This document shows, piece by piece, positions 48,071 to 58,402 of a stretch of 64,000 nt of DNA; positions within the stretch are counted from its first letter, which is position 1, and every line of letters begins with the position of its first letter. The stretch is from an uncultured delta proteobacterium (lineage in GTDB: Bacteria > Desulfobacterota > Binatia > UBA9968), in the NCBI GenBank assembly GCA_963737905.1, contig CAVTUQ010000001.1, positions 1-64,000 on the forward strand, in the 5' to 3' direction. The notes under the pieces are model-generated. The model ran no database searches, had not been told where the DNA came from, and worked only from the letters and a program-made list of their open reading frames with translations. Both the position numbers and the translations under genes were made by a program.

Positions 48071-48418
48071 TCAAAGCAACAGAACGAGCTGGAGAATCTG
48101 CAGCGAAACTTTCGGCGTGTGGATACGAGTCGCAAGCGGCGCGTGGATTGGCTCCTCAAAATCGGTCCAACCCAAACGAACTTCTTCCAAGTCCGGTCGC
48201 GTGGAGTACGGCACCTCGCCGGTCTCAGATCTGAGACCGAATCGAAACACGTACTGGGTCAGCTGCACGACGCCGTTAGCGGGAACCCGGTGTAGTTCCA
48301 CCCTAAGGCGCTTCCAGGTGGACGGGGAATCATGGGCGGCAAAACTCAAGGCGAACGCCCCGAGAGTAAAGCAGAGCAACATCCCAAGTATCGCCAGTGC
48401 CTTAAAGAGCCGCGTCAT
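48071..48418 (-). CDS. Hypothetical exported protein
   Basis: Hydrophobic signal-like N-terminus; GGGAAG RBS. Confidence 0.45.
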   Translation of the reverse strand: MTRLFKALAILGMLLCFTLGAFALSFAAHDSPSTWKRLRVELHRVPANGVVQLTQYVFRFGLRSETGEVPYSTRPDLEEVRLGWTDFEEPIHAPLATRIHTPKVSLQILQLVLLL

Positions 48419-48670
48419 GTTAATTCTTCCCGACCGCCTTTCAAGCTAGCAATCTTTCAGGGAAAGTCAACACAGGGAATGGGCCGAGCAAAACAAACGA
48501 ATCCCTTTTCTCTGTCAAGTTTACCGCGCAGGCTGCTGAAATACAGCGAAACGACGGATATGCGAAAAACCGCGATCATTTGCCACTTGACGATCAGGAA
48601 AGAAATCAAGTAGTCAAGTCTTATGCCGAGTTGCAGTTAGCCAAAATGCTACTCCCAGGAGGATAGTCAT

Positions 48671-49909
48671 ATGGGCGTCGAGCCGGGTGCAGAGTTATTC
48701 GATTGGCGCGCGCCGAAGGCAGGCGAGAAAGCCGGCTTCGGCAAGTGGAAAAATCCTAAGTCCCCCTACGATCTCTTCATCGAAGCTCAGGACATCCCGA
48801 TACACCGAGACATCGGCGTGCACAAGGTCCAGGACCTGCCGCTCAAGCCGTGGAAACGATTGGGTGGTCGCGGCACCGCCATTCAACTCCTGGGCACGGA
48901 AGGTCTATGGGGGATGTACGTCGTTGAAGTGCCCGGGGCCGGAACGCTCAACCCGGAGCGGCATCTCTATGAGGAAATCTACTATGTCGTGGAAGGGCGT
49001 GGCACCACCGAAGTGTGGCAAGAAAGCAATCCCAAGAAAGTGACTTTTGAATGGAGTCGTGGTTCGCTCTTTGCGATTCCGCTCAACGCCTGGCACCAGG
49101 TGGTTAACGCCACGTCTTCTCCCGCGCTGCTACTGGCGGCCACCACCGCGCCCAATATCGTCAACCTCATCCGTGACCCCCAATTCGTTTTAAATTGTCC
49201 CTACAACTTTCTCGCTCGCTTCGACGCTTCGGACACTTACTTCAAACCGGTGGAAGATATCTACGCCGATCCGGTGCGCGGTCTCGCCATGCGCCGTACC
49301 AACATCATCCCCGACATTCTCACCTGCGAGCTGCCCCCGGACAACCGCCGGGCGTTTGATTACCGGCGCATCGAGCCGCACATGGCCGGCGCCAATTTTT
49401 ACATGAAGATCGCGCAGTACAAGACCGGTCAGTACTCAAAGGCGCACAAACATTCCTCCGGCGCGATCCTCGTCTGCATCAAGGGCAAAGGCTACAGCTT
49501 CACTTGGCCCGATCGCCTCGGCATGCAGCCATGGGAGGCAAGTCTCGGCGAGCAGGTGAAAAAGCAGACTTACGAGCCGGTGGGGATGATCAGCGCCGCG
49601 CCGATGAGGGGCGATTGGTTCCACCAACACTTCGGCACTCATCCCGATGGACTCCGGCTGCTGGTTTTCGACGGCCCCTACGGACCGGGCTTTCGTCGCG
49701 GCGGGTCACCCGGCGGAGACGCTGCCGACATAGGCGCCATTGATACGCGAGAAGGCGGCAACGCCATCTCCTACGTCGACGAGGATCCGCACATCCGCAA
49801 GACGTACGAAGCAACAGTGTCGGCCGAGGGCATGAGCAGCCAGATGCCGGTTTGGGTATACTCGCAGCGGACACCGCCCCAAGGCGAGTTTGAGCCGGGA
49901 GGGGTGTGA
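48671..49909 (+). CDS. Bicupin domain protein
   Basis: RHLYEEIYYVVEGRG...PLNAWH and AHKHSSGA...WFHQHF. Confidence 0.85.
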   Translation: MGVEPGAELFDWRAPKAGEKAGFGKWKNPKSPYDLFIEAQDIPIHRDIGVHKVQDLPLKPWKRLGGRGTAIQLLGTEGLWGMYVVEVPGAGTLNPERHLYEEIYYVVEGRGTTEVWQESNPKKVTFEWSRGSLFAIPLNAWHQVVNATSSPALLLAATTAPNIVNLIRDPQFVLNCPYNFLARFDASDTYFKPVEDIYADPVRGLAMRRTNIIPDILTCELPPDNRRAFDYRRIEPHMAGANFYMKIAQYKTGQYSKAHKHSSGAILVCIKGKGYSFTWPDRLGMQPWEASLGEQVKKQTYEPVGMISAAPMRGDWFHQHFGTHPDGLRLLVFDGPYGPGFRRGGSPGGDAADIGAIDTREGGNAISYVDEDPHIRKTYEATVSAEGMSSQMPVWVYSQRTPPQGEFEPGGV

Positions 49910-49952
49910 AACAGGCATCTTGGTTAGGTGTGGTTCGATTCAGAAGATAAGT

Positions 49953-50260
49953 CACCGCGGAGGCGCTGAGGGCGCAGAGTAAAGAGTTCTTGATCAAGAA
50001 AGACTCCGACCTCTGTGAACTCCGTACTACTATCCTTGAGAATTTTCGCGGCCTGCGCGAATGTTTCGCTGCATTGAAATACTCGAACAGAGGAATTTGA
50101 CTCGCGCCAAGGCGCAAAGTACGCCAAGTTCGGAGGGGAGAGATGAATTATCTGAAAGAAATTCTTCATCGTTATTCTCCGATCTTTGCGGCCTTGGCGT
50201 CTTTGCGGGAGATATTCCGCGTTTCGGTTGCGGCTCTGCCGCGCTGGGTCTCTGTGGTGA
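49953..50260. repeat. Composite (nested) intergenic repeat
   Basis: 49953-50025 plus 50250-50260 match the 27893-type element, interrupted by a block that contains the 27101-type element (50076-50213). Confidence 0.75.
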
Positions 50261-50347
50261 ACGAGGTTTTGCCGCTTTGGTTGCGACTCGGCGGCGCCGT
50301 GCTCGTGGATCGTGTTCGTAGTTCAGTAAGTGGATAAAGGACCAAAG

Positions 50348-51307
50348 ATGAAAAATACGTTTTTGTTTTTCCTCTGCTTCATTTTCAGTGGCGTTTCGCC
50401 GGCCTACGTGGTAGGGGCTGCTCCTCGACCGCTGCGGGTTGCCTATATGAGCAATTCGGCGACGATGGCGTCACTATGGATGGCGAAAGAAACCGGCGCG
50501 ATAGCGAAAGAGGGCGTTGATGTCGAAGTGCTGACCGTGAATGCGAGTCTGGCCATTCCGGCGCTCATCGCCGGCGAACTGGATGCCATTCAAATATCCG
50601 CAGCGCCGGTGCTCACCGCTTCGCTGCGCGGACACGATGTCGTTTTCGTCGCCGGTTTGCTCAACACTATGATCTGGAATTTTTATAGCAGACCGGAAAT
50701 CACTAGCGCTGAAGCGCTAAAAGGCAAAGTGATCGGCACCGACCGGCCGGCCACACCGATCGCTTACGGTACCCTGGTCTCGCTGAAAAAGATGGGGCTC
50801 TCGCCCAAAGACGTCCAGCTTTTTCCCATCGGCAGCAGCGCGCAAGTATTAGCGGCGCTTTATGCGGGCCAAGTGATGGGCGGAATCGCGAGTCCGCCGG
50901 CGAGTTTTCAACTGGAAAAGATGGGCTATCGCTCTTTAACCAGTCTCTTGGACGTGCCCTACCAAAACGTCGGGATTGTTATTCGACGGAGCCGCTTCGA
51001 CGAGTTAAGAGACCGCCTGGTGCATTTATTGCGCGCTCTTCGCGTGGGCATCGATCGCTACTACAGCGACAAGAGTTTCGCCGTCAAGGTCATCTCCAAA
51101 TACAACAAAGAAACCGATCCCGAGGCCCTCGACAAATCCTACGAGTTCTATCGCCGCGCCGGCTTCAGGCGAGAGTTGATGGTATCGGAGCCGGGGGTGC
51201 AGGGGATTTTGGACTTCTTGTCGGAGACCATCCCGGAAGCAAAAAAGGCCAAGCCGTCGCAGTTCTTCGATGATCGCTTGGTGAAGCAAGTGGATGGCGG
51301 GAGATAA
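50348..51307 (+). CDS. ABC transporter substrate-binding protein (NMT1/THI5-like)
   Basis: Signal peptide, LWMAKETG, ALIAGELD, LKGKVIG and FFDDRLV. Confidence 0.88.
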   Translation: MKNTFLFFLCFIFSGVSPAYVVGAAPRPLRVAYMSNSATMASLWMAKETGAIAKEGVDVEVLTVNASLAIPALIAGELDAIQISAAPVLTASLRGHDVVFVAGLLNTMIWNFYSRPEITSAEALKGKVIGTDRPATPIAYGTLVSLKKMGLSPKDVQLFPIGSSAQVLAALYAGQVMGGIASPPASFQLEKMGYRSLTSLLDVPYQNVGIVIRRSRFDELRDRLVHLLRALRVGIDRYYSDKSFAVKVISKYNKETDPEALDKSYEFYRRAGFRRELMVSEPGVQGILDFLSETIPEAKKAKPSQFFDDRLVKQVDGGR

Positions 51308-51384
51308 AAGGGCGTGAGGAGTGAGGCGTGAAACGTGAGGGAAAAAACGACGATCCGTCCGGATCAAAAAGAGAGGTAGATTCC

Positions 51385-52608
51385 ATGGATAACTTTGACA
51401 AGGTGCTTGTCGTCGACGCCGATGGGCATGTATCCGAGGGTAATATCGATTTCGCAAGCCGCTTGCCCGAAAAGTGGCGCTCGCAGGCCCCCGTCAAAGT
51501 TAAAGACAACCTGGGCTACACGCGTAACTTGATCGAAGGCCGGGTGTGGTCGCCCTCGCAAGGGCCCGCCCCGGGCGTGACGGGTCCATTCACCGAGAAG
51601 GCGCGCAAATCGCGGCCGGGGATGACCGATCCTGTCGAACGTCTCAAGGACATGGACCTGGAAGGCATCGATGTCGCGATCCTGTTCGGCACGCCCATCG
51701 CTCTCACCGTGAACGGACTCATGAACGGCGAGTTTGCCGCGGCGTTATGTCGGGTCGTGAACGAGTGGTTGCTGGAATATTGCTCGGCGGATTCTAAACG
51801 GCTGCGCGCTGTCGGATTGATCCCCTGCCAGGTGCCTGAACTTGCGGTCAAGGAGATCGACTTTCTTGCCAAGGCCGGAGCGATCTCGGCCATGCTGCCC
51901 ACCAACGTGTACGGCCGCAACATGGGCGACCCGATGTTCTTTCCCATCTACGAAGCCGCGGAAAAAATCGGCATGACCTTGAGCGTCCATCCGCAAACCG
52001 GCCATGAAGGAATCCCCGGAGTCTCGGGTGTGATGGCGGCGGGGAGCCCGCGCTTTTTCAAATACCCCTATGTCCACATGACCGCTTTCCCCTTCGAGCT
52101 GATGATCGCCATGATGCATATGATCGGCGAGGGCGTCTTCGACCGCTTCCCGAAGCTCAGAGTCGGTTTCATGGAAGGGGCGGCCGGTTGGCTGCCGTTC
52201 TGGATGGAGCGTTTTGACGAGCATCTCGAAAAACTCGCTCCCCAGATGCCGGATCTCAAACGCCGGCCGAGCGAGATCATCAAGAGCGAGCAGCTCATCC
52301 TTACCTGTGAATCCGAAGAGACCGGACTCGATCGGGTCTTAGAGGCCGCGGGTGCGGGGACTGTGTGTTACGCTTCCGACTATTGTCACTGGGATTGCCA
52401 CTTCCCGGACTCGGTCAAAGACATCGTGGAAGCACGCGACTTGAATTTCGATCAGAAGGAAAGCGTTCTTGGCCTCAATGCGATTGACTTCTTCGAGCTC
52501 AAAAATCTTCCGGAACCCAGAGCGTTAAAAATCGCTCAGCAGACCTGGCAGGAAGCCAATGGAGAGAAGGCGACGGCCAAACGATACGAGGCGCGCGAAA
52601 ACGTTTAG
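51385..52608 (+). CDS. Amidohydrolase_2 family protein
   Basis: VDADGHV, DMDLEGIDVA, SVHP, FDRFPKLRVGFMEG and ASDYCHWD. Confidence 0.9.
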   Translation: MDNFDKVLVVDADGHVSEGNIDFASRLPEKWRSQAPVKVKDNLGYTRNLIEGRVWSPSQGPAPGVTGPFTEKARKSRPGMTDPVERLKDMDLEGIDVAILFGTPIALTVNGLMNGEFAAALCRVVNEWLLEYCSADSKRLRAVGLIPCQVPELAVKEIDFLAKAGAISAMLPTNVYGRNMGDPMFFPIYEAAEKIGMTLSVHPQTGHEGIPGVSGVMAAGSPRFFKYPYVHMTAFPFELMIAMMHMIGEGVFDRFPKLRVGFMEGAAGWLPFWMERFDEHLEKLAPQMPDLKRRPSEIIKSEQLILTCESEETGLDRVLEAAGAGTVCYASDYCHWDCHFPDSVKDIVEARDLNFDQKESVLGLNAIDFFELKNLPEPRALKIAQQTWQEANGEKATAKRYEARENV

Positions 52609-52686
52609 GATTGCGCTTAATCTTCTTTGACCTCCGTCTCAGTAAGCTATGTCACAATAAGCGAACCAGCGCGTTGATTATTCCCA

Positions 52687-52741
52687 TGTCATTTCGAGCA
52701 TAGCGAGAAATTTAGATCCCTCGCATTCGCTCGGGATGACA
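52687..52741. repeat. REP-like hairpin (GTCATTTCGAGC...GCTCGGGATGAC) between convergent genes
   Basis: Terminal inverted arms TGTCAT..CGAGC and GCTCG..ATGACA. Confidence 0.6.
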
Positions 52742-52757
52742 ACCTCAATCCGCGCTA

Positions 52758-53759
52758 TTAGGATACAGATCCCAGTGCGGGAAGGATGTCTTCCAAATAG
52801 ATCCGGAATTGCTCGTCGAGGTTTTGGCCGATGGGCCGAACCGTGATGTGATCGACTCCCGCGTCTATGAAATTTTGAAGAGAGCGTACACAATGCCCGA
52901 CGGGCCCGCAGGCAGTCCAGATTTCCACTCCTTCGCGTGAAAAGTCCTTGAGGTAATAGGCGTCAAGAAACACCTTGGCCTCCCGGAAGGCTTGCTCTCG
53001 ATCTCGATTTACGCTGATGCCGTAGTACAAAACGGTTTTGAACGCGTCGGGATCTCGACCTTCTTCGACCAACATTTCTCGCAAGCGCTTCAAGTAATGT
53101 TGGAGCAACTTGAGCTCAATTTGGTTCGTCATCCAACCGTCCGCGTAACGGGCAATGCGCCGTAACGAGCGCTCAACTCCACCCTCACCGATGCTACTTG
53201 CGCGCGGGGTACCCGCGATATAGATCGGGCACGGCTGTTGAGCGGGCTTGGGGAGCAGATTGACGTCGTGAAAGGCATAGTACTTCCCGTGAAAAGCGGC
53301 GTGTTCATCCGACCAAAGAACGCGCAGGGCCTGAATCATCTCTTCGAGTCTCCCCGGTCGCTCTTTGCTCGCGATGCCCATGACCTCGAGTTCCTTGGCG
53401 GCCGTTGGATGTTGGCTCGCCGGGTATCCCATGCAGGCAGCTAGCCACGTGCGTCCGCCGGATAGTACATCGAGACTGGCCCACTGCAAGGCAAGCAGCA
53501 CGGGATTGCGCTGCGCGATGGTTGCCATGCAGGCGACGCCGAGACGGAGCCGCGATGTGTGTCCAGCGATGGCGCCTAAGAGCGGTATGCACTCCAAGCG
53601 AGGCTTGCTGAGAATGCTATCGCCTACCCAGATGGCCTCGATCCTCCCTGAAGCCTCGGCTCTCACGGCCATATCGATGAGATCTTTCGGTTGCGTGCCC
53701 TGGGTAACCACAGCCCGATTGGATAATGTGAGGCCAAAAGTTGTTTTTTCCTGTGACAT
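52758..53759 (-). CDS. LLM class flavin-dependent oxidoreductase
   Basis: IWVGDS, TSRLRLG, ASLDVLSGGR, FHGKYY, PKP.Q.P and ARYADGW. Confidence 0.9.
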   Translation of the reverse strand: MSQEKTTFGLTLSNRAVVTQGTQPKDLIDMAVRAEASGRIEAIWVGDSILSKPRLECIPLLGAIAGHTSRLRLGVACMATIAQRNPVLLALQWASLDVLSGGRTWLAACMGYPASQHPTAAKELEVMGIASKERPGRLEEMIQALRVLWSDEHAAFHGKYYAFHDVNLLPKPAQQPCPIYIAGTPRASSIGEGGVERSLRRIARYADGWMTNQIELKLLQHYLKRLREMLVEEGRDPDAFKTVLYYGISVNRDREQAFREAKVFLDAYYLKDFSREGVEIWTACGPVGHCVRSLQNFIDAGVDHITVRPIGQNLDEQFRIYLEDILPALGSVS

Positions 53760-53872
53760 GCGGGGAAATATATGACGAGGCCGCTATCCAATACAAACTC
53801 GATGGACCCTCCAGACGATGAGTCTAGTCCGGACTCTCCAAGCTTCGAAGAAAAAACCCCGAACAGCTAAAA

Positions 53873-53901
53873 TTGACCTGCCGCGCGGCGGATTGTATAA
53901 G
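53873..53901 (+). promoter_or_regulatory. Sigma-70-type promoter
   Basis: TTGACC-N17-TATAAG followed by a GGAGG RBS and ATG 53921. Confidence 0.55.
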
Positions 53902-53920
53902 GAAATGGAGGTAAACATTT

Positions 53921-55042
53921 ATGAGCTATGTCGATGCCGACGGTCACGTCGAGGAAAGCCTCGCAACTTTTGACGACAAATATCTGGATCCCAATTTTCG
54001 TTCCCAACGTCCCAGGGTCGTGGGCATGGATGGCCTGGTCTACTGGGATATCGACGAACAGTTATTTCCGCGCCGCGTGGGCCGCGGCTGTAATAATTTA
54101 GGGACACCCACCAGCTACAACGGAACTCCTGCGATTCACAGCGCGGGGAAACCTGAAAGTGTCGGCTGCATGGAGCTAACCGACCTCGGCGCGCGGCTCC
54201 AGATCATGGATGAAGAAGAGATTGCAGCCCAGGTGATTTATCCGACGCTCTTTCTGGCCTATCCGCTGAGCTCCAACCCCGCCTTCGTGACCGCGCTCTG
54301 TTCCTCTTATAATCGCTGGTTGGGTGATTGGCTTTCGGGGCACGATCGGCTCAAATGGGCCGCCGTGGTTAATTTAGACGACGTCAAGTCGGCCGCTCAA
54401 GAAGTGCGCGATGTCAAGCGGCTCGGCGCATCGGCGGTTATGGTACTGGGCACGGCGGGAGATCGCCAACTAGATGACCCGCTGCTTTTCCCGTTTTATG
54501 AAGCGATCTGTGATGCGAGCCTTCCGCTCGCCGTCCACGTGGGGTGGGCCTGTCCGTCAATCAATAACCTCTATACACATATTTATCCGTCCGGCGTCGT
54601 CGCGTTTCATTTTCCCGTGCTCATGGGATTCGCCGCGCTCATCAGCGGCGGCATTTTAGATCGCTTTCCAAAGCTTAGGGCGGTTTTTCTCGAAGCGGGC
54701 TCCATGTGGGTGCCTTACATGATCGACCGCTTGAACCACCGCTTTCAAAATCAGGGCAAAAAATTGGCCAACTTCCTGCCTCAAACCAAACCGATCCAAA
54801 GGTTGCCGGTCATGGACTACATCAAGCGCGGCAATCTCTTCTTTAGCGCGGAGCTGGAGGATTCCATTTTGCCGCAGGTCATGGATCTCGTGGGAGAAAC
54901 CCAGGTGGTGATGGGAACCGATATGCCCCACGGCGATCGGGAACGTTTCGCCGCGCGTCATCTGCAGGAGCGAAAAGACTTGAGCGCCTCAGCCGTAACC
55001 CATATCCTCGATCACAACCCATCACGGCTTTACGGCCTTTAG
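53921..55042 (+). CDS. Amidohydrolase_2 family protein
   Basis: VDADGHVEE, QVIYPT, AVHVG, LDRFPKLRAVFLEAG and GTDMPH. Confidence 0.9.
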   Translation: MSYVDADGHVEESLATFDDKYLDPNFRSQRPRVVGMDGLVYWDIDEQLFPRRVGRGCNNLGTPTSYNGTPAIHSAGKPESVGCMELTDLGARLQIMDEEEIAAQVIYPTLFLAYPLSSNPAFVTALCSSYNRWLGDWLSGHDRLKWAAVVNLDDVKSAAQEVRDVKRLGASAVMVLGTAGDRQLDDPLLFPFYEAICDASLPLAVHVGWACPSINNLYTHIYPSGVVAFHFPVLMGFAALISGGILDRFPKLRAVFLEAGSMWVPYMIDRLNHRFQNQGKKLANFLPQTKPIQRLPVMDYIKRGNLFFSAELEDSILPQVMDLVGETQVVMGTDMPHGDRERFAARHLQERKDLSASAVTHILDHNPSRLYGL

Positions 55043-55084
55043 GCCAAGGATGAAGTGGAAAGATGAAAGGTCCCGAGAGAGCAT

Positions 55085-56087
55085 TTAGCGTTTCTTGTAA
55101 AGCTTCTCGATAAAACCTTCGGCTACCAGGCGGTCGACGATTGCATTGTCGGCGATAGTTTCGATGGGGATCGGCTTCTTCCCCATAAATTCCACGATGG
55201 GCGCGATCGCTTCGGGCTCTACCCGCGGCACTCGCTCCACAAATTTGACCGCATCATCATAAAGTTCCTCGATCAACTTCGAGTCTTTGAGCCGCAGTAT
55301 ATTTCCCGATTACCTTCAGCGCCTTTTCCTTCTGAAAGTGGGTCGCCGCCACACCCTCGGTATAGGCCCGCACGATCGCTTCCACGATCTCTGGAGATCG
55401 CCGGTAAAAATCGCGCGACACCGCGATCACGACATTGGAGTACTGGATCCCCAATTCACCCAGGTCGACGAGCATCCGCTTCGGGGCATCGACCCGCAAC
55501 GCTGAGATGACTGCGCCGGCGATTTGCCGGTGTTGGAAAGCGGCCGCCATTTCCGGCGTTCCACCCATCTGTCGCACATTGACCGCTCCATCGAGTTTAT
55601 ACTTCCGCAACAGGATTCTGGTCAGATTATCCGTGACGGATCCAAAGCGCGAAACGCCCAGGGTTTTCCCCCGCAAGTCCTCGAGCCGGGTGATCTCCGG
55701 ATGCACCCACAGGCGGTAATAGGGACGGTTCACGAGGCTCATCACGGAAACCAGAGGGGCACCACCTAACACCGCGGCAATCACCGCGTTGGTCGCTGCC
55801 AACCCGGCCTGCAGGTCCCCTCCGATCAGCGCCTGGACCACCACCGGCCCCGCAGAAATATAAATAAGGTCGGCAGCGATGCCATACTTCTCGAAAGCCC
55901 CGATCTCTTTCGCCATCCACAATCCGGTTCCGGCCGGCCCCACCGTAGAATAGCCGAGGGTGAGTTTTTTCAATTCCGCCGGATAGCCAGCGCCGCCGAA
56001 ACATAAAAAAATCAGCAAACCCAACACGGCTCGCTCAAAAAGTCTCCATGCATGTTTTATACTACCCACGGTCCCCCTATAGTCCAT
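55085..56087 (-). CDS. ABC transporter substrate-binding protein (NMT1/THI5-like), frameshift near 55295
   Basis: LWMAKEIGAFEKYG and DLRGKTLGVSRFGS; C-terminus (..EGFIEKLYKKR) in another frame. Confidence 0.82.
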
Positions 56088-56366
56088 GTAGTAGAGGCAA
56101 TCATTCGGAACCAGGCGGGAATACCCTCCATTGTCGATCCCTTAAATGTCAGCGTCCACCACACCTAGCCGTTTAGTAATTGATATTCGCCGTGCCGGAG
56201 TACGCTGTGACGGCCTCTCCTCGACGGAGATGAATAATCACCTGAGATTCGGCCACTATGCAACACGCAAGCAACCAACGCAACGCAAGCCGGCTTCAGA
56301 AAATCGCTCACCTTGACAGGAGAGTGCGCGACGCACTATACAGCTAACTAATAGGAGGGAGTCATC

Positions 56367-57126
56367 ATGGGCAAATTGAGACACATCGCCTTTATTTCCA
56401 AGGAGCCTAAAAAGCTTAGCGATTTTTACCAGAAATTTTTCGACCTCGAAGAGGTTAAGGTTTTCCCGAGCGGGTCGCGGATGGTGATCGATGGCCTCTT
56501 CAATTTAGCTTTCCTCCAGCAGCACGTAGCGAAAGCCGAAGTCATCGGCACCCACAGAGTGGACGGCAGTGAAGCCAACCAGATCCAGGGGATCGCCCAC
56601 TACGGCTTCATGGTGGATAGGCTGGATGAAGCCGTCGCAAAGTTACCGCCGACTCTCAAGCGGGGAGACAGCCCCCAGGTTTCCGGCGGCGTTTCAGGTC
56701 CGGAAGCGGCCCGGCCGGCGGAGGTCCGGTTTATCGATCCGTGGGGCAACAACGTGGACATCTCATCCCGGGGCTTTCTCGCTCGCGAAGAGAAACGGCT
56801 GCCAGGTGTCCGGCTTGCCGCGGTGCAGGTTACGGATCCCGACAAGGCCTGTGAGTTTTATAAATCGCAATTCGATCTGGAGGTGGCGGAGCGAAAGCCC
56901 GACGGCTCGATTCTGCTGAGCGACGGAACCGTGAAGCTGATGCTCACCCGAAAACAGACTCTCGACCGCGGCGGCATCCAGTACTTCGGCATCCAGGTGG
57001 ATAATCTGCCGGCCGTCCGGCAACGGCTTACCGATGGTGGCGTCCAGATCTCCTCCGTCGATGGCGCGCCCGAGCCAGATTCGCATCAGCGATCCCGAAG
57101 GCAACCAGGTCGTAATTTCAGAGTGA
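56367..57126 (+). CDS. Two-domain VOC family protein, frameshift near the C-terminus
   Basis: KLRHIA, GIAHYGF, DPWGNNVD and GIQYFGIQV; SDPEGNQV* in an alternative frame. Confidence 0.82.
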
Positions 57127-57132
57127 CTCTAC

Positions 57133-57217
57133 ACCCTCACCTTAATCCCCTCCCTTTGAGGGAGGGGAGACTTCTTTAGTTCCCTCTCCCCTTGCGGGAG
57201 AGGGCTGGGGTGAGGGG
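57133..57217. repeat. CCCTCACC/CCCTCTCCC...GGGAGAGGG palindromic element
   Basis: Two hairpins enclosed by CCCTCACC and GGTGAGGG arms. Confidence 0.7.
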
Positions 57218-57261
57218 TATGTAAACTTATTTATAGCCTTGCTTAGGTCCAGCATCCGGCG

Positions 57262-58257
57262 ATGCTCATGCGACGGCAGATCTTGATCAGTTGCGCGTTT
57301 CTGGCATCGGCTCTCTTCTGGGGTCAGGGATATGCACAGGAAAGGCTCAAGATCTCGTACAGCTCCATCGACGCGCCCAACGCCAACTGGTACATCGCCG
57401 AAGACAAGAAGTTATATCAAAAGTACGGTTTAGACACGGACCTAATCTTCATCTCCAGCTCGACAACGAACGTGGCCGCTGTCGTTGCAGGGTACGTCAA
57501 AGTTGGCAATATCTCGGGCGGCGCCCTCGCGAATGCCGCGGTTGGCGGGGCCGATCTGGTCTGCGTCGGCTCCTTCATCAACACGCTTCCCTACGACCTG
57601 ATCGTCAACGAATCGATCAAATCGCCTCAAAATTTGAAGGGCAAAAGCATCGGCATTAGCCGAGTGGGGAGTTCCTCTGATGTTGCGGCCCGAGTGTTTC
57701 TCAAGGCTCTGGGGTTAGAGGCGGACAAAGATGTGGCGATTCTCCAGGTCGGCGGCTCTCCGGAAAGGGCAGCCGCTTTCCGCACCGGCAGAATCGCCGG
57801 CTTCACCTCGCCTCCCGGGACGGTCGAGCTCACCCAAGGCATGCCCCACCGCATTCTGGTCAGCATGGGAGACTTGCCGAAACGCTTTCCGTTTCCCTAC
57901 GTCTGCGTGACCACCACAAAGAGCTATCTGGCGAGCAACCGTATAACGGTCAAGAGGATCATGATGGCGCTCATCGATGGGACGCACTTTTTCAAAACCC
58001 ACAAGGAGGAAAGCAAAAGGATCTTTGCCAAATACTCGCGCCAAAACAACGAGGGCTACCTCGAAGCGGGCTATCAGGCCAACACCAAACTGTTTGAGCG
58101 GGTACCGTTTGCGACCAAGGAAGGAATGGAAATTCAGATCAAGGAGGCGCTGGCGCGCAAACCCGGCGCGACCCTCAGGGTCAATGACGTGGTCGACGAC
58201 AGTATCGTCTTGGAGCTAGAGAAGGAAGGCTTCATCGATCGCGTTTACAAGCAGTGA
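57262..58257 (+). CDS. ABC transporter substrate-binding protein (NMT1/THI5-like)
   Basis: Signal peptide, KYGLD, LKGKSIGISRVGSSSD and ELEKEGFIDRVY. Confidence 0.9.
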   Translation: MLMRRQILISCAFLASALFWGQGYAQERLKISYSSIDAPNANWYIAEDKKLYQKYGLDTDLIFISSSTTNVAAVVAGYVKVGNISGGALANAAVGGADLVCVGSFINTLPYDLIVNESIKSPQNLKGKSIGISRVGSSSDVAARVFLKALGLEADKDVAILQVGGSPERAAAFRTGRIAGFTSPPGTVELTQGMPHRILVSMGDLPKRFPFPYVCVTTTKSYLASNRITVKRIMMALIDGTHFFKTHKEESKRIFAKYSRQNNEGYLEAGYQANTKLFERVPFATKEGMEIQIKEALARKPGATLRVNDVVDDSIVLELEKEGFIDRVYKQ

Positions 58258-58354
58258 TTTCGCTTCCGGAAATTCCCCGCCATGGACATGAGTGTTTTCT
58301 TAGTGAGAAAGGGCCGTAGCTGAGATTGCCCGTAAATGTTGAGGGTTTTGGGTG

Positions 58355-58402
58355 TGGCCAGGGACAGAATCGAACCGCCGGCACGAGGATTTTCAGTCCT
58401 CG
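58355..58402 (-). other. 3' half of tRNA-Phe(GAA), probable attachment site of an integrated island
   Basis: Minus strand GAGGA-CTGAAAA-TCCTC-GTGCC-GGCGG-TTCGATT-CTGTCCCTGGCCA gives anticodon arm, T arm and acceptor strand; no D arm or 5' strand. Confidence 0.85.

Noticed and set aside
56132-56157. Third ECF42-type promoter (TTGTCGAT...CGTC)
   Set aside because: The spacer is 15 nt rather than 17 and the extended boxes do not match.
58355-58402. Functional tRNA-Phe gene
   Set aside because: The D arm and 5' acceptor strand are missing.
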